A DNA stretch of 63,293 nucleotides, the filler included, from Octopus bimaculoides (lineage: Eukaryota): the NCBI RefSeq assembly GCF_001194135.2. It is 8 parts of 8 records of this genome, joined end to end, with 100 filler letters (N's around TTAATTAATTAA, not from the genome) between each part and the next. Parts side by side here need not be neighbours in the genome. Positions count along the whole stretch, not along the records: positions 7,768 to 16,086 come from NC_068998.1; positions 16,187 to 26,416 come from NC_068997.1; 6 more parts are not named here. One strand, 5' to 3'. Both the position numbers and the translations under genes were made by a program. Below are positions 12,145-25,276 of this stretch, in pieces (within the stretch, counting starts at the first letter, position 1; each line of letters starts with the position of its first letter). The notes beneath the pieces are model-generated. The model was given only the letters and a program-made list of their open reading frames with translations. It searched no databases and was not told the DNA's origin.

Positions 12145-12793
12145 TATTTATACACTTACACAATCATATATATATCATGAATATATGAATTTCTATATTT
12201 ATACACATATTCGAATGTTCATGTATAGATAAATAGATAGATAGATAGATAGATCTATGTATGCATACATACATACATACGTACATATACATATATGTGT
12301 ATGAATGTACTTATACACGTATGTACATATGTATGTTATATACATGCATACATGCATGTATGCATGTATATCTATGTATGTACGTATGCTTGCATGTATG
12401 TCTGCATGCATACATGTATGTATGTATGTATGTATGTATGTACGTAAGTATGCACAATATGTGTTTATTACTAATTTAGGAAATATTCTATATTATCTGC
12501 CGTGTTTTTCTCCTAACGTATCTGTTATTTTCATCTTCCCTTCCGGCGCTTACCCTTCATCTCTCTCACCCCAATACCCATTCCCTTTCATCTCAAATAC
12601 TCCCTTTGTGTCGGCGCATGTTTTAATGATTTTTCATCTATTTTGTTATGCATTATTTTCTTTGTATATATGTTTTTATACCTCGTAGTTTATTATATTT
12701 TATAACGTTATTATGTTTGTTAATAATATTTTCATATCATTTTTTAAAACATGTATTTCGTTATTTTGATGTGAAGATAAAAGAATATTCAAT

Positions 12794-12864
<71 letters not shown>

Positions 12865-12869
12865 ATACA

Positions 12870-12902
<33 letters not shown>

Positions 12903-12905
12903 GTA

Positions 12906-12941
<36 letters not shown>

Positions 12942-12965
12942 AATGTGTGTGTATTGTGGCGAATA

Positions 12966-13128
12966 GGCGCAGGAGTGGCTGTGTGCTAAGTAGCTTGCTT
13001 ACCAGCCACATGGTTCCGAGTTCAGTCCCACTGCGTGGAACATTGGGCAAGTGTCTTCTACTATAGCCTCGGGCCGACCAAATCCTTGTAAGTGGATTTG
13101 GTAGACGGAAACTGAAAGAAGCCTGGCG

Positions 13129-13132
<4 letters not shown>
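12966..13132 (+). mobile_element. tRNA-derived octopus SINE, 5' half up to its internal microsatellite
   Basis: ggcgcaggagtggctgtgtgctaagtagcttgcttaccagccacatggttccgagttcagtcccactgcgtgg...gggcaagtgtcttc. Related copies at 28600-28990, 47660-47820 and 51620-52016. Confidence 0.85.
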
Positions 13133-13161
<29 letters not shown>

Positions 13162-13377
13162 ATCATATATATATATTTATGATATATAATAATAATAATA
13201 ATATTAGGGATAAAAATCCAAATTTACGGGGAAAAATTCAATTTAATTTATTAAAATTAAATTAAATTTCACAATATATAATATATAAATATACAATTTA
13301 GAGAAAAAAACCCACAATTATTGAATTCATACATGAAAATCCACAATCACATATAGTATATATGGGTGTATACATAC

Positions 13378-13440
<63 letters not shown>

Positions 13441-13740
13441 AGTATATTGCCACTTAAGTGTGGCTGACCCCTAGGGGTGGATGTTACTGTTGCTTTTAGC
13501 CCCAGGAGGACATCTCATATTCATACACACGTACACGTGGCAGAATCTTTTATGTAGGCATATGTGTGTTCGTGTATACATATGCATGCGTACATACTTA
13601 AACATATATTTACACACAGACGCACACACACATACATGCATACATACATACATACATACATACATACATACAATACTGTGTATGTGTTTGTGCGTGTGTG
13701 TGAGTGCTAAATTTCCATATAAATTTGCCATTTGTTTCAG

Positions 13741-13776
13741 CTATTTGGATCTTCGAAAACAACAAATGCCAAGTTT
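13741..13776 (+). CDS. Candidate 36-nt plus-strand exon (unverified)
   Basis: atttgccatttgtttcag|CTATTTGGATCTTCGAAAACAACAAATGCCAAGTTT|gtaagt. Open in all three phases and lies in a unique island between microsatellites. No protein family recognised. Confidence 0.25.
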
Positions 13777-13914
13777 GTAAGTAACCTTGAATAAATTCTA
13801 GTTACTCTGCTTTCATTAATTATGGATAACTTTGATCTTATAATCCAGTTTACCTGCGCATATATTATAAATACATATATGTACGTATGTATATATATAT
13901 ATATATATATATAT

Positions 13915-14110
13915 GGGAGAATATACAAAAAATAACAACAGACGAGGACAGGTGGTGTAAATAACAAAAGTATATATTAGTATGACGCTCGGGAATACGG
14001 AAAGTCTTTGACGTTTCGAGCTACGCTCTTCAACAGAAAGAATACGGAGACAAGGAGAAAAACACGGAGAAAAAAAATTGAATAGTGTTCAGTCAACGGT
14101 CAATCAATCA
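13915..14110 (-). mobile_element. About 195-bp Penelope-LTR-like short element carrying a hammerhead motif, inserted in (TA)n
   Basis: Nearly identical to 45738-45931, with TA runs on both sides and an internal hammerhead-like core. Confidence 0.7.
14005..14041 (-). ncRNA. Minimal type-I hammerhead ribozyme variant (CUGUUGA core)
   Basis: Minus strand tcttt-CTGTTGA-a-GAGC-gta-GCTC-GAAA-CG-TC-aaaga: 5-bp helix I, 4-bp helix II, palindromic ACGT helix III, GUC cleavage triplet. Confidence 0.6.
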
Positions 14111-14111
14111 T

Positions 14112-14171
<60 letters not shown>

Positions 14172-15077
14172 TTAATTTACAAAGGTACCGTTAATTCTAT
14201 TATTATCCAATGTCATTAGTTTATATATATATATATATGCACACATGCACACACCACACACGCACACTTATGCGTGTGTGTGTGTGCATGTATGTATGTA
14301 TATGTATATATGTACATATTTACATATATTTGTATTTGTGATATTTGTTTAAATGTGTGTATGTGTATATACGTACATGATATATATATATATATATTAT
14401 ATGTATGCATGTATAGATATATATCCATGTGTGTATGTGTGTGTGAGTGTGAATGCATACGTATATATCCATGTACACGCGCTTGGGTTCGTCTCTGTGT
14501 TTGTGTGTAAGAGTGAGAAAGAGTGGAAGGAAATTAAAGTAAAGAAACAGAATTACAAAATTAATTATCTTTGACGATAATCACATGAAATCTGTGTTTA
14601 TAAAACTTGAAAGAGATTTCGCGGAGATTGGCGCTGTGATGTGCGAACTGGGATATGTGCTATACAGCTATGAAAGCTGGTGGGGATTCATTAGTAAATG
14701 AAGTGTTGGTGGCATTAGCGACGGAAACAACTTAATGAGACACAGGGCAATTCCTTTAGTTATGATACACAACAATGGCGCAAAGAATAACACGGTTATA
14801 TAATCTTCCTCCAACTTGTTTGAGGAGCCTCGACTTAGTGGTCAGCCGCGATGGAAATAGCAACCGAATTACGTCTCAAGTAGTTCCCACGTTAGTGGAT
14901 CAAACTTATGCAGAACTATCCTATTGAGTAATCGATGAAAAGAGTACAATTCATGTTTGACTGAGAAATATCATATCCTAAATCATCTCACACTGTGATT
15001 AAGAAAGTCAGAAATAACATCGAGATGCAGACAGCGCATGGTATATTTTTATCTTTTTTGAGGTAACAGACACATTG

Positions 15078-15109
<32 letters not shown>

Positions 15110-15117
15110 TTCTCTCT

Positions 15118-15168
<51 letters not shown>

Positions 15169-15225
15169 ATCTCCCTCTTCTTCTCTCTCTCTCTCTTCTT
15201 CTTCTTCTTCTTATTATTATTATTA

Positions 15226-15257
<32 letters not shown>

Positions 15258-15276
15258 TTCTTGATTGAAAAACTCT

Positions 15277-15470
15277 GAGCTACCAGAATCGTTTCCACGC
15301 TGGAAAAATGCTTAGAGGTATTTCTTCCGGTTTTACATTCTGAGTTCGAATACCAACGATGATAACTTTGTCTTTCATCTTTGTGGGGTCGATAAAACAA
15401 GTACAATTTGAACGCTGGGACCGGTGTAATCTACTTACCCCTTCACTCAAAATTTCAGGCCATGTGATTA
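15277..15470 (+). mobile_element. Diverged SINE of the 57358-type family, tail B
   Basis: gagctaccagaatcgtt...aaatgcttagaggtatttc...tctgagttcgaata...ggggtcgataaaacaagtac...aaaatttcaggcc. Confidence 0.7.
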
Positions 15471-15775
15471 TATTGAAAAACAATTATTATCAAGTCTGTA
15501 AGGTTGGAACAGATGGTAACGCTCTGAGCAATAATTCAGTTTCATTGATTAATGACCGAGTCAAACTTCGGAATTAATCCAACTTTAGTCATAAGGAAAT
15601 ATTTACATTATTCCGTTTTAAAGACAGCAGCTGATCAAACACGCCATCTGTGTGTCAGTGTGAAGGAACACGTATGCAATAGAATGTTATAAGAGGGTCA
15701 AAGGGCCACCAACTAACGGGGATACACCGGAACCCTAGTGACGTACAGTATTGAGGCGTAAATAATAACAAAACT

Positions 15776-16086
15776 AAGGCAGTGAGCTGGCAGAAACGTT
15801 AGCACGCCGGGTGAAATGCTTAGTGGTATTTCGTCTGCCGTTACGTTCTGAATTCAAATTCCGCTGAGGTCTACTTTGCCTTTTATCCTTTCGGGGTCGA
15901 TAAATTAAGTACTAGTTACGCACTGGGGTCGATGTAATCGACTTAATCCCTTTGTCTGTCCTAGTTTGTCTCCTTCTATGTTTAGCCCCTTGTGAGCAAT
16001 AAAGAAATAAGAAACGTTAGCACGCCGGGCAAAATGCTTAGCGGTATTTCGTTCTGGGTTCAAATTCCGCCGAGGTCGACTTTGTC
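15776..16086 (+). mobile_element. Head-to-tail SINE dimer: full copy 15776-16010 plus a headless copy from 16011 into the gap
   Basis: The first copy ends gcaataaagaaataa and runs directly into gaaacgttagcacgccggg. Confidence 0.9.
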
Positions 16087-17386
16087 NNNNNNNNNNNNNN
16101 NNNNNNNNNNNNNNNNNNNNNNNNNNNNNNTTAATTAATTAANNNNNNNNNNNNNNNNNNNNNNNNNNNNNNNNNNNNNNNNNNNNATACATACATACAT
16201 ACATATTCATGTCTATATACACATATCTATGCGTATATACGTGTATATTTATATGCATGTATGTGTGTACTGAGAAAGAAAAAAATGTAAGAAAACAGAC
16301 GACACCAAAGTTATGACTAATGAAGTGAATACGAAATGCGTATATGTATGTGTGCTAACCGGGGCATGTGCATTTCTATGCCACTGTTTGTGGAGTGCAT
16401 CAGTTACACTAACAACTAACATTTTAGTATAAATAATATTATATACTGTACATTTATAGGGAATAACCGGGCATCAATATAGTAGGTCAAACCAGTAAAC
16501 AGAAGTCGAAGCACATTTTGCTTCAGGGCATTGAAATGTCCTCCTGTTCTATTTTCTTTGTACACATACGAGGAACTGCGAATGCTATGGTATTCTTTAA
16601 TCTCATCGCAGAATGTTTATATGCTCTTTTTTCTAAAAGTGAGAGATAGTGGAGTTTAACTAGCATAGTAAAATATCCTATCATGGTTTCGCTAAGAGAG
16701 TTCTGGGAGGAAATAAAGAGAGGGGGAGAGAGACGAAGAGAGAGAGAGAGTATTTTGTGAGAGAGAGAGTATTTTGTGAGTGAGAGAGAGAGAGAGAGAG
16801 TATTATGTGCGTGAGAGAGAGAGAGACAGAGAGAGAAAAAGAAAGAGAGAGAGAGATCCCAGTGCTTGACTGGTAGTTTCTCGTTCCCGAAGTTGACCTC
16901 AGCCGAAAGCGCATGAACGAATACCGCGAAGCAATATAGACGGTTGTTTTAAGAAATCTGCTTCTTCACTTGTTTTTCTTTGATAATGCAACTGAATAAA
17001 TACCACATATTCTGCATCTTCCGTGTATTGAGTCCTTTACTTAAATTGTGGAATATCTGGCATTCCATAATCCTCGGTATGTTTCTGTGTACGTTTAAGT
17101 GCCTAGATAACTTTGTGTGTGTATAGATACATATGGATACACAAATGGACATACCCCCCCCCCACACACACACACATATATATGAGGCAGTGCTGAAAAT
17201 TTCCTGGCTTTAAGGGCATCGCCAANNNNNNNNNNGAGTCCTTTACTTAAATTGTGGAATATCTGGCATTCCATAATCCTCGGTATGTTTCTGTGTACGT
17301 TTAAGTGCCTAGATAACTTTGTGTGTGTATAGATACATATGGATACACAAATGGACATACCCCCCCCCCACACACACACACATATA

Positions 17387-17602
17387 TATGAGGCAGTGCT
17401 GAAAATTTCCTGGCTTTAAGGGCATCGCCAAAGGGCTGGTTAGAAGCCCAACCTTCCGAGTTCTTTGACAGGGCCTAGAAAAACTGAAGGACTGCTGCAA
17501 TATGTGTGTGAATCTGAGAGGAGAATATGTTGAATAAAATCATAATTAACTGATCCTCCGATATTTTCTTTGACACAAAGCGAGAAACTTATCAGTTCAT
17601 AC
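17387..17602 (+). mobile_element. Non-autonomous mariner derivative (MITE) retaining the transposase C-terminus
   Basis: Imperfect TIRs (gtgctgaaaatttcctggcttt / aaagcgagaaacttatcag) and internal QGLEKLKDCCNMCVNLRGEYVE*, typical of the mariner transposase end. TA context. Confidence 0.75.
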
Positions 17603-17949
17603 TTTTATATTGAAAGAGAGAGGGGGAGACAAATATATGCATTTATTGAGCCAAACATGTATGCATTCGTAAATACATACGTACTTAATAAACTATAACA
17701 TTTTTTCAGTGACGAGCGAGTACAACTTCCCAGCATGGATCTTACTGTTGCTAATTGTTTTAGATGTTTAAACATTGCTTACAAAGACACACTGCTTTGG
17801 GGTCATGACACTCTTGAAATAGCGGACCAACTAACGTATAAACACTGAAGGTTGTTGTGTTAGCGCTATACCTACACTGTAGTATTATTCATTGAGTAGA
17901 GGAGACTTTGGCACTGTAATATGGAGTGCATTGCATGGGAGAATGTGGC

Positions 17950-18025
17950 TCTCTGTCAAGGAATCGAACCCACAGTCTTTACGGTCAAAAGCCAGAAACA
18001 ATAAACATAAAGCCAGGTGCCTTCA
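17950..18025 (-). mobile_element. Old tRNA-like SINE head
   Basis: Minus-strand B-box gggttcgattcc with an upstream gaaggcacctggc head. Confidence 0.35.
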
Positions 18026-19704
18026 CGCATACCCAGTCTCACACACAAGCCTGCGCGTGCGAGCACACACACATATCTGTGCATATATATGCATGCATGT
18101 ATGTATGTCTGTATGCGTATGCATGTTTGTATATGTGTATGTATGTAAGTATTATATATGTATGTATGTACGTATGTATGTATGTATGAATGTATGCATG
18201 TATGTATGTATGTATGTATGTATGTATGTATGTTCGTATGTGTGTATATATGATCGCACGTATGTATGTATGTATGTATGTATGTATNNNNNNNNNNNNN
18301 NNNNNNNNNNNNNNNNNNNNNNNNNNNNNNNNNNNNNNNNNNNNNNNNNNNNNNNNNNNNNNNNNNNNNNNNNNNNNNNNNNNNNNNNNNNNNNNNNNNN
18401 NNNNNNNNNNNNNNNNNNNNNNNNNNNNNNNNNNNNNNNNNNNNNNNNNNNNNNNNNNNNNNNNNNNNNNNNNNNNNNNNNNNNNNNNNNNNNNNNNNNN
18501 NNNNNNNNNNNNNNNNNNNNNNNNNNNNNNNNNNNNNNNNNNNNNNNNNNNNNNNNNNNNNNNNNNNNNNNNNNNNNNNNNNNNNNNNNNNNNNNNNNNN
18601 NNNNNNNNNNNNNNNNNNNNNNNNNNNNNNNNNNNNNNNNNNNNNNNNNNNNNNNNNNNNNNNNNNNNNNNNNNNNNNNNNNNNNNNNNNNNNNNNNNNN
18701 NNNNNNNNNNNNNNNNNNNNNNNNNNNNNNNNNNNNNNNNNNNNNNNNNNNNNNNNNNNNNNNNNNNNNNNNNNNNNNNNNNNNNNNNNNNNNNNNNNNN
18801 NNNNNNNNNNNNNNNNNNNNNNNNNNNNNNNNNNNNNNNNNNNNNNNNNNNNNNNNNNNNNNNNNNNNNNNNNNNNNNNNNNNNNNNNNNNNNNNNNNNN
18901 NNNNNNNNNNNNNNNNNNNNNNNNNNNNNNNNNNNNNNNNNNNNNNNNNNNNNNNNNNNNNNNNNNNNNNNNNNNNNNNNNNNNNNNNNNNNNNNNNNNN
19001 NNNNNNNNNNNNNNNNNNNNNNNNNNNNNNNNNNNNNNNNNNNNNNNNNNNNNNNNNNNNNNNNNNNNNNNNNNNNNNNNNNNNNNNNNNNNNNNNNNNN
19101 NNNNNNNNNNNNNNNNNNNNNNNNNNNNNNNNNNNNNNNNNNNNNNNNNNNNNNNNNNNNNNNNNNNNNNNNNNNNNNNNNNNNNNNNNNNNNNNNNNNN
19201 NNNNNNNNNNNNNNNNNNNNNNNNNNNNNNATATATATACATGTAGTATGTATATATATATTTGTGTGAATATATATATATATACATATATACATATATA
19301 TATGGATGTAATGCACGTGCGTATATACGCATACGCATACTAGCTCACATGCACACGCACATATATAATTTTAAATAAGACTAGATGTCTTGCATGTTAA
19401 TCTAATCGTTTTGTATGCTTATCTTTGTATCTTTTTAACTCTCTTACTCTTTCTCTCTCTTTCTATTAATCCCTCTCTTTCTTTGTCACCCCTCTTTCTC
19501 TCCTTCTCTCCCTCTCTCCCTCTCTTTCTCTCTCTCATTCCCTCTCTATGCATACCTATTGTATTCTTTTTGTGTAGTAGAAAATGAATGCTGTTCATAT
19601 ATGCGTATGCGTCAGAGAATGCTTTGTCTATGTGTGAGAATCTCCACACGTTTAATCGTGCGGTATGCAAAATGTCAGCCATATTGTTTTAAAATCTTCA
19701 TGAT

Positions 19705-19810
19705 ACGGCTAACTGGCAGACTCGATAGGCAGTTGCATAAATAACTTTCCTGTAATCTCTCCGCGACTCTTCGCTCGGAGTTCAAATTCCATCGAGATCA
19801 ACTTTTGTTT
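19705..19810 (+). mobile_element. Highly diverged 57358-type SINE head
   Basis: ggctaactggcagactcgatagg...ggagttcaaattccatcgagatcaacttt. Confidence 0.5.
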
Positions 19811-20345
19811 TTTTTTTTGTTTTTGCTTTATTCCGATACATATAATTATTCTGTACACAACTCAGAGCTTTGTCGCATTAAGTATCTCTGTTTCTTTCGT
19901 ACGGAAAAACCGCTGCACTCCGATGAGCGATGGCCTTGAAAAATGATGTTTCAGAGATTCTACAATATAAAATCCTTCTCTAACGAAAGTTATATGTACA
20001 TATATGTATGTGTGTGTATCTATGTATGTATTATGAACATATTTATGTATGTATGTATGTATGCATGTATGTATGTGTGTATGTATGCATGCATGCATGC
20101 ATGCATGCATGTATGTATGTATGTATGCATGCATGTATGCATGTATGTATGTATGTATGTATGTATGTATGTACGAATGTATGTATGTATGTAAGAAATG
20201 AAGGAAATCACACGTGCCAAATTTACTTTGCACTTTCTCCCAACATAGGTTGAGTAATTCATGTTGAGTGTATAAATATATACAGTCAGTTGTTTCCCCC
20301 AAGTTACATTATCTGCAATAATGAAATATGGCAATACATACTTAC

Positions 20346-20363
20346 ACTGATAGAATCCGCCAT
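20346..20363 (-). CDS. Candidate first coding exon, M-A-D-S-I-S, with phase-0 donor
   Basis: Minus strand aaactcaacATGGCGGATTCTATCAGT|gtaagtat. In-frame TAA lies just upstream, TCAGTA initiator-like motif at 20453-20448, and a (GA)n tract further upstream. Confidence 0.45.
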
Positions 20364-20503
20364 GTTGAGTTTTTATTTTCTGCCCATAATCTGTTGTTAT
20401 TGGGCTTGTCTGTTTTTTTTTGTTTTTTTTTTGGCTGCCTTCTTACATACTGACCTTAAATCCTGAATACGTATATTTTCTTATCAATCATCACCACTCT
20501 TCA

Positions 20504-20583
<80 letters not shown>

Positions 20584-20842
20584 TTTCTCTCTCTTACTCG
20601 CGCACTATTATGAAGGCGAGGATTATGGCAGCATTTACCAATCTAAAACAAGTACACCGTCCAGAGTGTTGCAGGTGATTCCGAAGTCGTCTGGAGGCCG
20701 TGGCTGAAGCAAATGTCGATTTTATCGAATAAATTTACTCTTTAGTATCTCAGAATATTTTTATGTAATTTTAGTAAATATGTCTGTTAAAATGAGATGT
20801 CCGTGTTATTTTCATTTCTGCGTACTTTAGACGATATAATTG

Positions 20843-20901
<59 letters not shown>

Positions 20902-21414
20902 ATAGATAGACAGACAGACAGATAGATATGCATACATATTCACATCGACGTTTACATACATATGAAAATATATGCGTATGTGTATGGGTGTGTGAGTGAG
21001 AGAGAGAGAGAGAGAGAATAAATGTCTCCATATGTCAGTCTGTGAATAAAAACGTCATAGACACCACAGATAAATTTGATATAATTAAACTACAATTTTT
21101 ATATTGAATACTTAAAGCCATGTAAATGTATATTATTATTCTTTTTTGACCCCAAAAAATATCGGGGACGGGAGATTGCTGCGATATATCTCACGCTTCG
21201 TTAAGCAATCATAAAATTTACAAAAAAAAAAATCTTTTTTCATCCTGGAGACCAGAGGGTAATCTATACAACGTTGCTATTGACGTTAAGCACAAACCGT
21301 ACTAACGTGCAATGGCTGCACTAATCGGCGTAACAAGGTAATACATTTTTAGCCCGACACAACGTGTAAAAAAGACGTAATACAAATTTAAGACACGTAT
21401 GCATCTATGTGCAG

Positions 21415-21514
21415 ATGTGTGTTGTGTGTATATACGGATCCGGGTATAGCAAGAGTGATATACATATGTGTGTTGTGTGTATATACGGATCCGGGTATAG
21501 CAAGAGCGATATAC

Positions 21515-21516
<2 letters not shown>
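21415..21516. repeat. 51-bp tandem duplication containing the palindromic core tatacggatccgggtata
   Basis: Two copies differing by one base. Confidence 0.85.
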
Positions 21517-21546
<30 letters not shown>

Positions 21547-22187
21547 NNNNNNNNNNNNNNNNNNNNNNNNNNNNNNNNNNNNNNNNNNNNNNNNNNNNNN
21601 NNNNNNNNNNNNNNNNNNNNNNNNNNNNNNNNNNNNNNNNNNNNNNNNNNNNNNNNNNNNNNNNNNNNNNNNNNNNNNNNNNNNNNNNNNNNNNNNNNNN
21701 NNNNNNNNNNNNNNNNNNNNNNNNNNNNNNNNNNNNNNNNNNNNNNNNNNNNNNNNNNNNNNNNNNNNNNNNNNNNNNNNNNNNNNNNNNNNNNNNNNNN
21801 NNNNNNNNNNNNNNNNNNNNNNNNNNNNNNNNNNNNNNNNNNNNNNNNNNNNNNNNNNNNNNNNNNNNNNNNNNNNNNNNNNNNNNNNNNNNNNNNNNNN
21901 NNNNNNNNNNNNNNNNNNNNNNNNNNNNNNNNNNNNNNNNNNNNNNNNNNNNNNNNNNNNNNNNNNNNNNNNNNNNNNNNNNNNNNNNNNNNNNNNNNNN
22001 NNNNNNNNNNNNNNNNNNNNNNNNNNNNNNNNNNNNNNNNNNNNNNNNNNNNNNNNNNNNNNNNNNNNNNNNNNNNNNNNNNNNNNNNNNNNNNNNNNNN
22101 NNNNNNNNNNNNNNNNNNNNNNNNNNNNNNNNNNNNNNNNNNNNNNNNNNNNNNNNNNNNNNNNNNNNNNNNNNNNNNNNNNNNNNN

Positions 22188-22224
<37 letters not shown>

Positions 22225-22861
22225 TACGTATGTTTATGTAGCTAACTATTCGTCTATCTACACATCTACATCTATATCGATAGATAGATTGATAGATAGA
22301 TAGACGCAGATTTTTTTCTGTTAATATTCATTCTTACTTCTTCCTCGTTATAACCATTTCTTTTACTGTCATTTTATTTTTTCTTAGTGATTTAAATTTT
22401 GAGGTGCAGCGCTGTTGTTTATGGCAAAGTATTTTTAGTGTACCATTTATTCAATTATATTTACTTATCTGCAATTCATACGATAGAAAATTTGTAACAC
22501 TGATATTTAGAGTACTTTCAAATATTAAAATCGCAATCTGTCTAATCCTTTTACATTTTTTTTTACTTCATATGATTCTAATTCTCACTATTTGCACTTT
22601 TCAGAATATGTTCACATTTTACATCTACTTCGCCGTTCTGTGTGGGAGTGTATGCGTGAATGTGTCTATATATGTGTGTTGGTGTGTGTGTTTGTATGTA
22701 TATCTATATTTTTCTATCAATCTATATATATATATATATATGTATGCATGTATTATGTATGTATGTATATTTACATGTCTGTAAATGCTCACACCTACCT
22801 ACACAAAAAATGCATAGCTATACGTAGCCGTACAAATATTTTTGTGTCCATACATAGATAC

Positions 22862-22903
<42 letters not shown>

Positions 22904-23180
22904 NNNNNNNNNNNNNNNNNNNNNNNNNNNNNNNNNNNNNNNNNNNNNNNNNNNNNNNNNNNNNNNNNNNNNNNNNNNNNNNNNNNNNNNNNNNNNNNNN
23001 NNNNNNNNNNNNNNNNNNNNNNNNNNNNNNNNNNNNNNNNNNNNNNNNNNNNNNNNNNNNNNNNNNNNNNNNNNNNNNNNNNNNNNNNNNNNNNNNNNNN
23101 NNNNNNNNNNNNNNNNNNNNNNNNNNNNNNNNNNNNNNNNNNNNNNNNNNNNNNNNNNNNNNNNNNNNNNNNNNNNNNNN

Positions 23181-23248
<68 letters not shown>

Positions 23249-23575
23249 TTTATATGCATGTATGTATTTATGTATGTCTTTGTTTATATGCATATATATA
23301 TGTTTGTATGTCTATGATCATATATGTGTATAAGTGTATGTGTGTGCGTATATGTGTGCGTACAAGTCTATATGTTTCAAATTGGTGTATGTGAAGACTA
23401 GAGATGAGAACAAGGCATCATTGAAAAGTAATTTCATTTTTGTATGTATTAATGTTTAAAGATTACTTGTCATACGTTGCTACGAACTTTTGTCAGAATA
23501 AAACAATTAAGAGTTCTGGAAGTCTTTTAGTGAGAACCCTATGTACGCACACGCACAATTGACAGTTAGATAGGC

Positions 23576-23650
<75 letters not shown>

Positions 23651-23651
23651 G

Positions 23652-23722
<71 letters not shown>

Positions 23723-23921
23723 CCATCGGAGTCAATTTTGTCTCTATAACCACGGATGATGTAAAGCGAAGTAAATTATAAGAAATCATTATGATCTTTT
23801 TCTTACAACTCTAGTAATTCGTTACAATTTATTGGAGGTAGCTTCGTGTTATTTAGTGGTTTATCTTCCCATTTAAGAGTCGAATGATGGGATTTGTAAA
23901 GTGAATTTGTTGTTCCTATTT

Positions 23922-24760
23922 AGGCGGCGAGCTGGCGGAATCTTTAGCACGCCTGACAGTCTGTTTTGTTGCATTTTATCTATCATTATATGCTAAGTTC
24001 AAATATGGTCGAATCTGTCTTTCTTCCTTTCTAGGTTGATGAAATATTAACCAAATGAATCCTCAGGTCGATGCAATCGACGATCCTCCTCCCACAAAAT
24101 ATTGGGTTTCGTTCCTATAGTAGAAAAGAATTATTGAGGCAGCGAGGTGGCAGAATCGGTAGCGAGCTTGACGAAATGTTTAGAGCTATTTCTTACAGTG
24201 TTTTATTCAGTGTTCTAATTTCGCTGAAGTCAACTTTCTTTTCTTTATTTTGGGATCAATTAACGCAGCGTCCTGCCAGAATAGTTAGCGTGCTGGACGA
24301 AATGCTTAGCGGTATTTTACCCGTTGATACGTTCTGAGTTCAAATTCCACCGAGGTTGACTTTGCTTTCCATTCTTTCGGGGTTGATAAATTAAGTACCA
24401 GTAAAACACTTAGACCAATGTAATTGACTCATCCCTTTCCTAAAAATTTCAGGTCTTGTGTTTTCAGTAGAAAGTATTATTTCTGGGTCCATAAAAGTGT
24501 CTGTTGGTTACTGGGGCCGATGTTGATGTAACTGACTGACTCCGCCCTTAACTAATATTGTTGATCTTGTGATAATATTTGAAACCGTTATTACAACTAC
24601 GAACTGATTCTGAGCGTCAGAAATAATTTTTGTATGGAAAAATTTTTTTCGGCATTTAGCAGTTTCAAGTTCAAATCTCGCCGAGATCATCTTTTCAGAA
24701 TCGAGAAAATAATGTATCGAGCTACGAACCCGAGTTTAAGATATCAACCAAACTCATCCC
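23922..24760 (+). mobile_element. Cluster of at least 3-4 co-oriented 57358-type SINE copies of different ages
   Basis: Heads at about 23922 (aggcggcgagctggcggaatc), 24137 (ggcagcgaggtggcagaatc), 24265 and 24640, each followed by a gttcaaat-like B box. Confidence 0.7.
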
Positions 24761-25070
24761 TCCAAATTGTTGCTATTTTGCGTGAATCAGAAACCGTTAT
24801 CAGCAGACCCACTGAGCGCTGGATTGACAAAAGCATCGGGGCTGCGGAGAAAATATTTGTAGTACTTGTAAGACTCTTTAATCTCTACGTTCAAATACAT
24901 TTTAGTGGTAACCATTTGAATTACATGGACTCAAACAGGTATACCAAGTGCCATACAACAAGAATTCTTGATACTCTTCAAAAAAATTTACGCCTATGGG
25001 GAATTTATCATAATTCTCAAATAACAATTGAGACCAGCTCCGTATGTGATAGATAGATAGATAGATAGAT

Positions 25071-25117
<47 letters not shown>

Positions 25118-25245
25118 CAGACAGACGGAGAAAAAGAGAGAGATATACAAACATACACACTTATATATACACAGATATATATATGCATATACATATATGC
25201 GTGTATAAGTATACACGCATGCATGTTTGCACGTATGTATGTATT

Positions 25246-25276
<31 letters not shown>

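Noticed and set aside
17030-17431. About 196-bp tandem duplication across a 10-N gap
   Set aside because: The copies differ only in homopolymer length, typical of unmerged overlapping contig ends.
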